Source of the DNA: Bacteroidales bacterium
Lineage (GTDB): Bacteria > Bacteroidota > Bacteroidia > Bacteroidales > WCHB1-69
Assembly: GCA_017962275.1 (NCBI GenBank)
Contig: JAGCVQ010000028.1
Span: 3,740 to 67,739 of the forward strand
Reading direction: 5' to 3'
DNA length: 64,000 bases
A model generated the notes under the pieces. The model saw nothing but the letters and a program-made list of their open reading frames with translations, had not been told where the DNA came from and did no database searches. Made by a program: the position numbers and the translations under genes. Shown piece after piece: positions 36,501 to 44,840 of the stretch. The stretch's first letter is position 1; each line of letters begins with the position of its first letter.

Positions 36501-36980
36501 TGTAAAAGGGATGTCGTATGTCTGATACTGATCCGTAAACTGTGTGATGGTGTATATTGGCGTGAATGATTCCGCACTATCAGGGCTGGTCATCACGCCA
36601 ACAACAAGCTGCACAGTTTTAGTCTCTCCATAGTTTGGATCTTTTATCGCCTTAGCAGCAAAGGATACTTGCAGATGACTCAAGGACAGAACATTCGTGT
36701 CAATTCTCGGAAGCACCACGGTGCCGAGGTCGAAGTTGCTCAACAACAAGCTATGGGTGCCAGATGGAGGATTCTGTCCTTCCGTAACATAAATGAAATA
36801 GCTACTGTAGGGAACAGGAAGATTCCAACAGGCTGGTTGTATATGGTTGTTGGCCACCACCGTGTTGCCCGTCTCAAAGTCCCAAAGCTGTGGCAAAGAA
36901 GTGATGACACAGCTGTCTGTCTGCGCCACGCCCGCCACCGCTGCACAGACAACAAACCATAATATCCAAAACTTTTTCAT
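33528..36980 (-). CDS. 1150-aa modular T9SS cargo with four (choice-of-anchor-J-like plus FN3) modules and a C-terminal sorting domain
   Basis: Signal peptide. Each module opens with a W(D/G)FE motif (LWDFE, FWDFE, FWGFE, TWDFE); the first three are followed by C-x-RP and an FN3-like segment, and the fourth by a looser L-P-C-A-I-P linker plus an FN3-like segment. CTD is LYPNPARDYM...YLVRIQTDKG. Confidence 0.85.
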   Translation of the reverse strand: MKKFWILWFVVCAAVAGVAQTDSCVITSLPQLWDFETGNTVVANNHIQPACWNLPVPYSSYFIYVTEGQNPPSGTHSLLLSNFDLGTVVLPRIDTNVLSLSHLQVSFAAKAIKDPNYGETKTVQLVVGVMTSPDSAESFTPIYTITQFTDQYQTYDIPFTDYEGDGSYIAIQNPGATATTIYIDDMVLDTIPDCQRPSAISYSHPTANTVLLHGIGFPADGSQVSVSYREEGYTVWQTVIVQPVENSLELENLSASTTYEVFVAPLCDTSLVSNTIAVSTLCDAISTVPYFWDFETNNTAGTVNMPLPECWICTSQQSAYGSGYVNSEAGNHFLVMSHGSNSNYAMVLPAVDTSVLPIHDLMISFKAMAYLASSNQKLIFGMMSDPWDVSTFVAVDTVEGIVPYIYHFYDVPMSAYNGTGTHIAMKLCGSPGHYIFVDDLKIQMMPGCSRPIDISLTDVGLTSADLSWSHDADSTWYIVEYKPIGGNTVLYDTTAVISTPTVTLSGLLQNTTYEVRVAAGCYPEAFSEPFIFSTVCGIIDSVPMFWGFENNNSGGTADSPLPDCWEFLKTYSGYSNNYTPYVYDNENWAFSGSKSLYFSLVHGCIVVLPVLSDTLQTNELSLSFYLKAYDGYASNATLDIGVMTDPTDASTFSLIKSLNDISYEYQLFDVDLSSYSGTGKYIAFRDASYSRYFMDNLTLMKTPDCPRPTNPVLLNETGRSAVISWTHDADSTQYIVFHRQVGTVAWQSDTTNTTSFMFDNLTPFTSYEYYIVALCSPEVPSFTAFFSTGCPHDIISVPQTWDFEDATLNEMQPCWSRIVGNYAYNPSYPRVEQWHPYSGSQSLVFYNSEGSIAVMPYVNSEYLDIHELQISFYLYNARGDQYAGSRLEVGVMTDPTDPSTFTFVRTLDSIQKAFVFVTVPFFEYEGNGTYIAFRDPNPYSYNFMSSYYDIYIDSLTIAYNNNLPCAIPSQLTVQDVTSTSAVVVWQDSQTDSTTYLVCYKPSSDSIWQVDTVCPGSLTYTLQNLESETSYDCYVVAVCNPDMPSETVHFLTDVDSVGVAEYLRLKKVVLLYPNPARDYMDIRVTDPDLRILGIEVYDVYGKLVRIVVGANNYSPLQTIRIDVSGLAKGAYLVRIQTDKGAISKKMLKADN

Positions 36981-37002
36981 AATTGAAGTCGTTGATTAAT
37001 CA

Positions 37003-37557
37003 CTATTCGTTCACAAACCCCGCGAACCTTTCCGCCTGCGCTTTCAGCATGGCGACCTGCTCCTCAGTAAGGTTGAACTTTCCTTCGGTCCAGGCTTCCA
37101 CACCGAGGGCGATGCCCGTCTGCGGTTCCTTCATCACCTGCATCTTCATGAACTCCAACAGGTCGTTCAGTTTGGCGCGGCAGGAGGCGGTCTGGTTGTT
37201 GCCGCCGGCACCGCTCGCGGTCACCTTCTTGCCGACTACGGCCGTGGGGTTGGTGAAATTGCTGATGTCCATCGGACGGGAAAGCCAATCGAGCAGGTTC
37301 TTGAGCAGACCGGGGTAGCTGTAGTTGTACTCGGGGGTGAAGATCCAGATTCCGTCGGCGGCGAGCACTTCCTTACGTACACGCGCCACGGGAGCGGGCA
37401 CTTCCGCTTCCAAGTCCTGATTCATCAACGGAACATCTTCAAACTCAAGATATTGGATATTGAACTGACCTTCTAACATTTTCTCGGCCAAAGCGGCTAA
37501 CTGACGGTTGAACGACTGTTTGCGCAGGGAACCCACGATAAAGAGGATATTTTTCAT
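37003..37557 (-). CDS. NAD(P)H-dependent FMN reductase family oxidoreductase
   Basis: ILFIVGSLRKQSFNRQLA N-terminus and TPEYNYSYPG motif. Confidence 0.85.
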   Translation of the reverse strand: MKNILFIVGSLRKQSFNRQLAALAEKMLEGQFNIQYLEFEDVPLMNQDLEAEVPAPVARVRKEVLAADGIWIFTPEYNYSYPGLLKNLLDWLSRPMDISNFTNPTAVVGKKVTASGAGGNNQTASCRAKLNDLLEFMKMQVMKEPQTGIALGVEAWTEGKFNLTEEQVAMLKAQAERFAGFVNE

Positions 37558-37584
37558 AATGATGATTTTTAATTATTGAATCTG

Positions 37585-37592
37585 CAAAAATA
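37585..37592 (-). promoter_or_regulatory. -7 promoter box TAttTTTG (minus strand) for the FMN reductase/cargo unit
   Basis: Reverse complement of CAAAAATA. Lies back to back with the box at 37602. Confidence 0.45.
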
Positions 37593-37601
37593 CAATTTTT
37601 G

Positions 37602-37609
37602 TACTTTTG
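37602..37609 (+). promoter_or_regulatory. -7 promoter box TActTTTG for dgkA
   Basis: 32 nt upstream of ATG 37641. Confidence 0.5.
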
Positions 37610-37640
37610 CCCCCTGAAAAACTTGCGGATTCAAAAAACA

Positions 37641-38021
37641 ATGAAGGGACAGGAGAAATTCTCGATTGCGAAGCGGCTGAAAAGCTTCACCTACGCGTTC
37701 AACGGGCTGCGGATCCTCTTCAGGGAGGAGCATAACAGCAGGATACATCTGTTCGTGACTGTCTGCGTCATCGTCGCGGGCGTGCTGCTCAAACTGTCGA
37801 TTCTGGAATGGGTGGCCATTGCGTTTGCCGTCGGGCTGGTCTTCAGTGGCGAAATTTTCAACTCTTCCATTGAAGACCTTGCCGATGTGGTCTGCCCCGA
37901 ACGCGACGATCGCATCAAGAAGGTCAAGGATATGGCGGCCGCGGCCGTGCTGGTGAACGCCATCGCCGCCGCAACCATCGGATTGCTGGTCTTCCTCCCG
38001 AAAATTATACGTTTATTTTAA
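37641..38021 (+). CDS. dgkA: diacylglycerol kinase (prokaryotic DgkA family)
   Basis: 126 aa, 3 TM helices and an EIFNSSIEDLAD signature. Confidence 0.88.
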   Translation: MKGQEKFSIAKRLKSFTYAFNGLRILFREEHNSRIHLFVTVCVIVAGVLLKLSILEWVAIAFAVGLVFSGEIFNSSIEDLADVVCPERDDRIKKVKDMAAAAVLVNAIAAATIGLLVFLPKIIRLF

Positions 38022-38035
38022 TAATTTGGTTTTTC

Positions 38036-38063
38036 GTAGAGACGCAAAATTTTGCGTCTCTAC
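38036..38063. terminator. 28-nt perfect palindrome, second copy
   Basis: Identical to 29201-29228. Confidence 0.6.
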
Positions 38064-38126
38064 ACCCACGGAAATTTATCCAGAAATTTCAAAAAAAACC
38101 CTCAACCTTTTGCCTCTTGCCTAAAA

Positions 38127-38825
38127 TCAACACCGCAGCATCTTTTCCCGTAGCTGCGTGTAGCCGGCTTCGTTGAAACGGTATTGGATAGGGGAGTGCG
38201 GCGACTTTTTCTCCTCGTCGCTCTGTGCCACGGGGGTCAAGATGCCCGACGACAGGAACTTCTTTTGGAAGTTGCGGCGGTCGAACTCCTTGCAGAAGAC
38301 GTGCGTGTAGAGCCGCTGCATCTCCGGCAGGGTGAAGATGTCGTCTAAAAGGAGGAAGGCGACAGGGGAGTTGATGAAGGCGAGGCGCAGCTTCCAGAGG
38401 GCCATGCGGCAGATTTTCTCGTGATCGAAGGCCAGCCGGGGCATCTCGTGGATGTCGAACCAGCGGGCCTCTTTGGCATCGTCGCCGGCGACCGCCCGTA
38501 TCTGGTTCGGGCGCACGACCGACGCAAACGCAACGGTGATGGTGCGGCCTCGCGGGTCACGGTCCAAATCGCTGAACGAACCCACCTCGTTGAAGAATTT
38601 CGGGGTGAGTCCGGTCTCCTCTTTCAGTTCGCGGCGTGCGGCCTCCTCCAGGGTCTCGTTCTCGTCCAAGAATCCTCCTGGGAACGCCCAGCAGTCCTTG
38701 TACGGCTCATGTCCACGCTTGATTAACAGCACGTTGAGCCGTGTGCCGTCAAAACTGAACACCACAACGTCCGCCGTCACTGCCGGCCGCCAATAATCAT
38801 ATTGATATGTACCTTTTTCGCCCAT
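38127..38825 (-). CDS. NUDIX hydrolase with C-terminal winged-helix-like domain (NrtR-like architecture)
   Basis: Nudix box GGFLDENETLEEAARRELKEETGL. Start is at the internal ATG (MGEKG). Confidence 0.75.
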   Translation of the reverse strand: MGEKGTYQYDYWRPAVTADVVVFSFDGTRLNVLLIKRGHEPYKDCWAFPGGFLDENETLEEAARRELKEETGLTPKFFNEVGSFSDLDRDPRGRTITVAFASVVRPNQIRAVAGDDAKEARWFDIHEMPRLAFDHEKICRMALWKLRLAFINSPVAFLLLDDIFTLPEMQRLYTHVFCKEFDRRNFQKKFLSSGILTPVAQSDEEKKSPHSPIQYRFNEAGYTQLREKMLRC

Positions 38826-38905
38826 AGTTCGATGTGAATTTCCACGCGGCAAAAGTACAATTTTTTTTATTGTGTAAATCTTACACAAGATAAAGAATTT
38901 TTTTC

Positions 38906-38913
38906 TATTTTTG
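38906..38913 (+). promoter_or_regulatory. -7 promoter box TAttTTTG for the efflux operon
   Basis: Overlaps the TTG of the long ORF, so the real start is downstream. Confidence 0.5.
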
Positions 38914-38970
38914 CAGCCTCATAATTTGCATGAAAAATTGTCATTCAAGTTTTTGATTTATAAGGATTTA

Positions 38971-40314
38971 ATGAAGAATATGAATATGCGGACAATGAAT
39001 AAAATAACGCTCTCTCTCCTTTTGACAGGGCTGTTGGCTTGCGGAATGATGACGGTACAGGCACAGGATTCTGTCCATGTCAATCTGGACAAGGCGATTG
39101 AGATTGCCCTTTCCGAAGCGCCAACCATGCGCATCGCCGACCGTGATGTCCAAATCAAGCAGGAGTACAAGAAGGAGCAGATCGTGTCGCTTTTCCCTGA
39201 CATTTCTTTAGCGGGCAATTACAACCGCACGCTGCTGAAACAGACGATGTCGATGGACATGGGCGGCCAGACGATGAACATCAAGGTGGGTCGTGACAAC
39301 AGCTACTCCATTGGCGCGAATCTGAGTCTGCCGATTATCTCCCCCGCTCTCTGGTCGAGCCTGAAACTCAGCTCCATGGACATTGACTTGGCGATGGAAG
39401 CGGCCCGGTCGTCGAAGATCGACCTGATCAACCAGGTGAAACAGGCCTACTATACATACCTTTTGGCCAAGCAATCCTACGCGGTGCTGCTGGAAAGCTA
39501 CGCCAACTTGGAGGCCAGCAACCAGTTGGTGACCAATTCCTATAACCAAGGGTTGGTTTCCGAATTCGAGAAACTTCGTTCGGATGTGGCGTTGCAAAAC
39601 CAGCGTCCCACGCTCACCACTGCCGCCACCGGCGTGCGTTTGGCTGCCATGCGACTGAAGGTGGTGTTGGGGATGGATATCAGCGAGCCCGTTATTTTTG
39701 ACGGTCAACTTTCTGATTACGAGCAATCTGTGTTGAGTGCTGGACTGCCTTCCACGGAAGAGATGACGTTGGCGTACAACTCCGCTTTGCGTCAGTTGGA
39801 CCTCGGTATCAATGAGTTGGAACAGTCGAAGCAGATTGTGCGCGGTTCTGCCATGCCGATGTTGGCGTTGGCCGGCGCGTTCCAATATTCCGGCATGGGC
39901 GACGACGGGCAGAAGTTCACCAACTATCCATACTCCTACGTGGCTCTCTCCCTGCAAGTGCCGATCATCTCATGGGTGTCAACCTCCCACAAGCTCAAGC
40001 AATCGGATTTGAATATTCAGAACATGCGCGATCAACGGTTGGATGTCGAGCGCAACCTTCGTTTGGGCGTGCAGAGCTATTTGGACAATATGCAGCAGGC
40101 CCTTGACGAGCTGGAAGCCGACCAGCAGACGCTGGCACAGGCGCAGAAAGCCTACGAGATCGCCCAAAAGCAGTACGAGGTGGGCATGAACACCTGGCTC
40201 GACCTTATGGCCGCCGAACTCGCCCTCACCAACACGCAACTTTCTGTCTGTCAGTCCATCTTCAACTACCTGACGGCGAAAGCGAATTTGGATGCGACGT
40301 TGGGAGCGGAATAG
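38971..40314 (+). CDS. TolC family outer membrane efflux protein
   Basis: Signal peptide and duplicated OEP repeats. The start is ambiguous among ATG 38971, 38980, 38986 and 38995. Confidence 0.85.
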   Translation: MKNMNMRTMNKITLSLLLTGLLACGMMTVQAQDSVHVNLDKAIEIALSEAPTMRIADRDVQIKQEYKKEQIVSLFPDISLAGNYNRTLLKQTMSMDMGGQTMNIKVGRDNSYSIGANLSLPIISPALWSSLKLSSMDIDLAMEAARSSKIDLINQVKQAYYTYLLAKQSYAVLLESYANLEASNQLVTNSYNQGLVSEFEKLRSDVALQNQRPTLTTAATGVRLAAMRLKVVLGMDISEPVIFDGQLSDYEQSVLSAGLPSTEEMTLAYNSALRQLDLGINELEQSKQIVRGSAMPMLALAGAFQYSGMGDDGQKFTNYPYSYVALSLQVPIISWVSTSHKLKQSDLNIQNMRDQRLDVERNLRLGVQSYLDNMQQALDELEADQQTLAQAQKAYEIAQKQYEVGMNTWLDLMAAELALTNTQLSVCQSIFNYLTAKANLDATLGAE

Positions 40315-40373
40315 TTAGCAGTTAGTAGTTAGTAGTTAAACCGAAACCTAATAATATAATATAAAAAGATAAT

Positions 40374-40448
40374 CCTTAAGCAGCCCCGCGGGGGCAAGAG
40401 CTCGGTAGAGCAATTAACCCCACACAAGGCGATAGCCGCAGTGTGGGG
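40374..40448 (+). repeat. double-hairpin intergenic element, copy B
   Basis: GCCCC-GCG-GGGGC hairpin, AAGAGCTCGGTAGAGCAATTAA linker, then the CCCCACACAAGGCG...GCAGTGTGGGG hairpin. Confidence 0.8.
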
Positions 40449-40475
40449 GGCTGGAATGAAAAAAAACACCAAAAT

Positions 40476-41480
40476 ATGAAAAGAATAACCATTTTATTGG
40501 CAATCACCATGTTAGTGATGGTGGGTTGCAAGAAGAAAGAGGCTGTCACCGCAGGCGACCAGAAGATGACCATCCGCACGCAGGAGGTGCATGTGGAGGA
40601 GGTGGAGCAGACCTACGAATATACCGCCATCGTGGAGGCCAACGCAGTGAACAACATCGCTCCGCTGACGGGAGGCCGCATCGACAAAATCTACGTTGAG
40701 GTAGGCGACCGTGTGGGCAAGGGCAAGGTTCTTGTTCAGATGAACGAGAACAGCCTCAAGCAGTCCAAGTCGCAGCTTGACAACCTCAAGGCCAGTTTCA
40801 AGCGCATCGACGAGCTCTACAAGGTCGGCGGATGCTCAAAATCCGATTGGGACGCGATGAAGACCCAGCTCGATGTGGCGCAGACTACTTACGACAACCT
40901 GCTGGAAAACACGCAGTTGGTGAGCCCGATTTCCGGTGTCATCACGCAGCGCAACTACGACAGCGGCGACCTCTACGGCGGTCTGCCGGTGGTGCAGGTG
41001 CAGCAAATCACCCCCGTGAAGATGAACATCAACCTCTCCGAGAGTCTTTTCAAGCAAGTGAAGGTGGGTACGCCGGTAAGCGTCAAGGTGGATGCTTACG
41101 GCGACGAGGAGTTCAAGGGCAAGATCAGCCTGATCTATCCGACGATGGACGGTGCTACGCACACCTTCCCCGTGGAGGTGCAGTTAGCCAATACCGACAG
41201 CCGCGTGCGCCCGGGCATGTACGCCCGCGTGACCATCAACTTCGGCACGCAGAAGCACGTGGTCGTTCCCGACGAGGCCATATTCCGTCAGCAGGGCTCC
41301 GGCAACCGCTACGTCTATGTCTATAAGGACGGCAAAGTCTCCTTCAACCAGGTGGAGATCGGCCGTCACTTGGACAAAGCTTACGAACTGCTTTCCGGCA
41401 ACGTGCAGGACGGCGACATGGTGGCCACCACGGGTCTTGCCCGTCTGAAAGACGGGTTGGAAGTGAATGTCGAGAAGTAA
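40476..41480 (+). CDS. efflux RND periplasmic adaptor subunit (MFP), lipoprotein
   Basis: Lipobox MVGC with biotinyl-lipoyl-like and beta-barrel regions. Confidence 0.9.
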   Translation: MKRITILLAITMLVMVGCKKKEAVTAGDQKMTIRTQEVHVEEVEQTYEYTAIVEANAVNNIAPLTGGRIDKIYVEVGDRVGKGKVLVQMNENSLKQSKSQLDNLKASFKRIDELYKVGGCSKSDWDAMKTQLDVAQTTYDNLLENTQLVSPISGVITQRNYDSGDLYGGLPVVQVQQITPVKMNINLSESLFKQVKVGTPVSVKVDAYGDEEFKGKISLIYPTMDGATHTFPVEVQLANTDSRVRPGMYARVTINFGTQKHVVVPDEAIFRQQGSGNRYVYVYKDGKVSFNQVEIGRHLDKAYELLSGNVQDGDMVATTGLARLKDGLEVNVEK

Positions 41481-41523
41481 ATAGGCAAAAGGCAAAAGGC
41501 AATAGGCAATAAGAAAATAATTC

Positions 41524-41596
41524 ATTGAGCGGCCCTATATGGGCAAGAGCTCGGTAGCCAGGGGTAAGGCGTGAGGAACGAGCGCCGCCACCCCTG
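41524..41596 (+). repeat. double-hairpin intergenic element, copy C (divergent second hairpin)
   Basis: GCCC-TATAT-GGGC hairpin, AAGAGCTCGGTAGCC linker, then a CAGGGGT...ACCCCTG hairpin. Confidence 0.7.
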
Positions 41597-41621
41597 AAAA
41601 TGGAACAGACAAGCAAGAAAT

Positions 41622-44600
41622 ATGAGTTTATACCAGAAATCGGTCGCAAGACCCATCATGACAGGGTTGATTTACATTGCCGTCATCATCATCGGCATCT
41701 TCTCCCTGACCAGGCTGCCGGTGGACCTCTTCCCCCACATGGACAGCAACACCATCATGGTGCTCACCGTCTATGGCGGCGCGAGCGCGGAGGACATCGA
41801 GGACAACGTGTCCAAGCCGATTGAGAACGTGCTCAACACCTTGAGTGACCTCAAGCACATCACCTCCAACTCCAAGGAGAACTACTCCATTGTCTATCTG
41901 GAGTTTGAGTATGGTGTGGATATCGAACAGAAGACCAACGACGTGCGAGACAAGTTGGATATGGTGAAATCGGCACTGCCCGACGGTGCCAACCAGCCCT
42001 ACCTGTTCAAGTTCAGTGCCGACGACATGCCGATCATGATGCTGTCGGTGCAGTCGGGACAGAGTACGCAGGCGTTGTATAAGATACTGGACGACAAGGT
42101 CTCCTCCCCGCTGTCGCGTATCAGCGGCGTGGGTGCGGTCTCCATTTCCGGTGCCCCGCAGCGTGAGATCCAGGTCTATTGCGACCCTTACAAATTGGAG
42201 AGTTACAACCTCACCATCGAGACCATCGCTTCCGTGCTCGGCGCGGAAAACCGCAACGTCTCCCTCGGTATCATGGACGTGGGTTCCAAAACCTACTCCA
42301 TGCGTGTGGATGGCGAGTTCAACAGCGCGGACGAGATGGAGGATGTGGTGGTTGGCAGCTATAACAACAAGAACGTCTATTTGAAAGATGTCGCGGTCGT
42401 GAGAGACACGCTGCAGGAGCGTATGCAGGAATCCTACACCGACGGTCAGCGCGGTGCTATGGTCATCATTCAAAAGCAGACCGGCGCCAACACGGTGCAG
42501 ATCTGTAAGAAGGTGCTGAAGGAACTTCCTGACATTCAGCGCTCTCTTCCTGCCGACGTGAACCTGAGTGTGTTGGTGGATAACTCCGATAACATTGTCA
42601 ACACCATTGACAGCTTGGAGGAAACCATCCTGATTATCTTGCTGTTAGTGGTCGTGGTCGTGCTCTTCTTCTTGGGAAGATGGCGCGCCACCATCATCAT
42701 CGCCATCGTGGTGCCCGTCTCCTTGATCGCGGCCTTTATCTACTTGTTGGCTACGGGTAATACGCTGAATATCATTTCATTGTCATCTATCTCCATCGCC
42801 ATCGGTTTGGTGGTCGATGACTCTATTGTGGTGTTGGAGAACATCACCACGCATATCGAGCGGGGATCGAAGCCCAAGGCGGCAGCTGTCTTCGCCACCA
42901 GTGAGGTGTCGCTCTCCATTATCGCTTCCACCTTGGTGATCATCGCCGTGTTCTTGCCGTTGACTTTTCTCACCGGTATGGCCGGCGTGCTCTTCAAATC
43001 GTTAGGATGGATTGTCACCATCGTGATTGCCGTTTCCTTGATCGCCTCCATGACGTTGACCCCGATGCTCTGTTCGCTCTTGCTGAAGAAAAATCCCAAG
43101 AAGAGCAAATGGTTCGCCGCGGTTTACGGTCCTATCGAGCATTTCCTCATCCGTTTGGACGAAGGCTACGCCAAGTTGCTCCGTTGGTGCGTCAACCATC
43201 GGAAAACGGTCGTCGGTTTCGCCTCGGTCATCTTCCTCGCCAGCCTTGTGCTGCTGAAGGTGATTCCCACCGAGTTCTTCCCCACGCAGGATAATGCCCG
43301 TCTGAGCGTCACCGTGAAGCTGCCGCAGGGCACCCGTGTGGAGACCACCAAGGCGTTGGGCGACCAGATTGTGAATGAGATCCGGGAAAAATATCCGGAC
43401 GAAATCAAATCCATCAACTATTCCGTGGGTATGCCCGATGAGGACAACACCTGGAGCTTAATGCGCGAGAACGGTACGAACCTGCTCTCCTTCAACATCC
43501 GTTTAGTGAAGAAGACGGAACGTGACAAGTTCATCACGGAGATTTCCGACGGTATCCGCGCCCTTTTGCGGCAACATATCGAGATTGTCTCCTCCACGGT
43601 CTCCACCGGCCAGGGCAACATGGGCGGACAATCGACGGTGGATATTGAGCTCTACTGCTACGACTTCAACACCACCGACCAGTTCGCCGCCGACCTCGCT
43701 GCTCGTATGCGGCAGGTAGAGGGTTGTTCCGAGGTGGTGATTAGCCGTGACGAATACACGCCCGAGTTGGAAGTCGTTTTCGACCGTCAGAAATTGGCGG
43801 AGAACGGACTTAACTCCACAACGGCCGCTGGCTACGTGCGCAACCGCTTCAACGGCTATACCGCGTCGCAGTTCCGTGAGGACGGTGACGAGTACAACAT
43901 CCGTGTCCGTTACGCGCCTGAGTTCCGTAACGACATCCACGCCGTCGAGAACATCCTGATGTACAACAACATGGGCAAGGGCATCCGCGTGGGCGATGTG
44001 GCCACGGTGGAGGAGACCTTCACCCCGCCGACCATCGTCCGTAAGGACCGTGAGCGTATGGTCAAAGTCTCCTGCGTGGTGGCCAAAGGCGCCGCTTTGA
44101 GCGAATTGGTGGAATCTGCACAGAAGGAACTCGACCAGATGGACATCCCCGCCACGTTGGACTATAAGATCGGCGGAACATGGGAGCAGCAGCAGGAAGC
44201 TTTCGGCGACATGTATGTGTTGATTGCCCTGATTATCATGTTGGTCTATGTGGTGATGGCCGCCCAATTCGAATCGTTCACCTATCCGTTCGTCATCATG
44301 CTCTCCATCTTCTTCGCCCTCACCGGTGTGTTGATAGGTTTGGCCATCACGCGCACTGCCTTGGGCATCATGGCGTTGATTGGTTTGATGATGCTGATCG
44401 GTATCGTGGTGAAGAACGGTATCGTGCTGATTGACTACACCAGCTTGTGTATCGAACGCGGTCAGGGCATCAAAGACGCAGTGGTGGCCGGTGGCCGTTC
44501 CCGTCTGCGCCCGATCTTGATGACCACGCTGACCACGGTGCTCGGCATGATCCCGTTGGCCGTCGATAAAGGCGAGGGCGCCGAGATGTGGAATTCCATG

Positions 44601-44759
44601 GGTATGGTTGTGGCCTGGGGTCTCACCTTCTCCACCATGGTGACCTTGATCCTCATCCCGGTCATGTTCAGCAAGTTAGCCGAGTGGAACGCGAAGGGTG
44701 CCGCCCGCCGCCGTGCCCGCCGCGAGCGCAACAAAGCGTTAGGTGTCAACGAAGTTTAG
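41622..44759 (+). CDS. RND efflux permease (AcrB/HAE1-like)
   Basis: 1045 aa with 12-TM AcrB architecture. Confidence 0.93.
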   Translation: MSLYQKSVARPIMTGLIYIAVIIIGIFSLTRLPVDLFPHMDSNTIMVLTVYGGASAEDIEDNVSKPIENVLNTLSDLKHITSNSKENYSIVYLEFEYGVDIEQKTNDVRDKLDMVKSALPDGANQPYLFKFSADDMPIMMLSVQSGQSTQALYKILDDKVSSPLSRISGVGAVSISGAPQREIQVYCDPYKLESYNLTIETIASVLGAENRNVSLGIMDVGSKTYSMRVDGEFNSADEMEDVVVGSYNNKNVYLKDVAVVRDTLQERMQESYTDGQRGAMVIIQKQTGANTVQICKKVLKELPDIQRSLPADVNLSVLVDNSDNIVNTIDSLEETILIILLLVVVVVLFFLGRWRATIIIAIVVPVSLIAAFIYLLATGNTLNIISLSSISIAIGLVVDDSIVVLENITTHIERGSKPKAAAVFATSEVSLSIIASTLVIIAVFLPLTFLTGMAGVLFKSLGWIVTIVIAVSLIASMTLTPMLCSLLLKKNPKKSKWFAAVYGPIEHFLIRLDEGYAKLLRWCVNHRKTVVGFASVIFLASLVLLKVIPTEFFPTQDNARLSVTVKLPQGTRVETTKALGDQIVNEIREKYPDEIKSINYSVGMPDEDNTWSLMRENGTNLLSFNIRLVKKTERDKFITEISDGIRALLRQHIEIVSSTVSTGQGNMGGQSTVDIELYCYDFNTTDQFAADLAARMRQVEGCSEVVISRDEYTPELEVVFDRQKLAENGLNSTTAAGYVRNRFNGYTASQFREDGDEYNIRVRYAPEFRNDIHAVENILMYNNMGKGIRVGDVATVEETFTPPTIVRKDRERMVKVSCVVAKGAALSELVESAQKELDQMDIPATLDYKIGGTWEQQQEAFGDMYVLIALIIMLVYVVMAAQFESFTYPFVIMLSIFFALTGVLIGLAITRTALGIMALIGLMMLIGIVVKNGIVLIDYTSLCIERGQGIKDAVVAGGRSRLRPILMTTLTTVLGMIPLAVDKGEGAEMWNSMGMVVAWGLTFSTMVTLILIPVMFSKLAEWNAKGAARRRARRERNKALGVNEV

Positions 44760-44840
44760 TTAGCAGTTACGAGCGACCCCAATTCCCCTTCTGTTATAGA
44801 AGGGGTGCCCGAAGGGCGGGGTAGTAATATAAAACAGCTT

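Noticed and set aside
28881-38125. Calling the dgkA-bracketed block a mobile element or genomic island
   Set aside because: There is no integrase, transposase, tRNA target or terminal inverted repeats. Only the flanking direct repeats support mobility, so it is reported as a finding rather than annotated as a mobile element.
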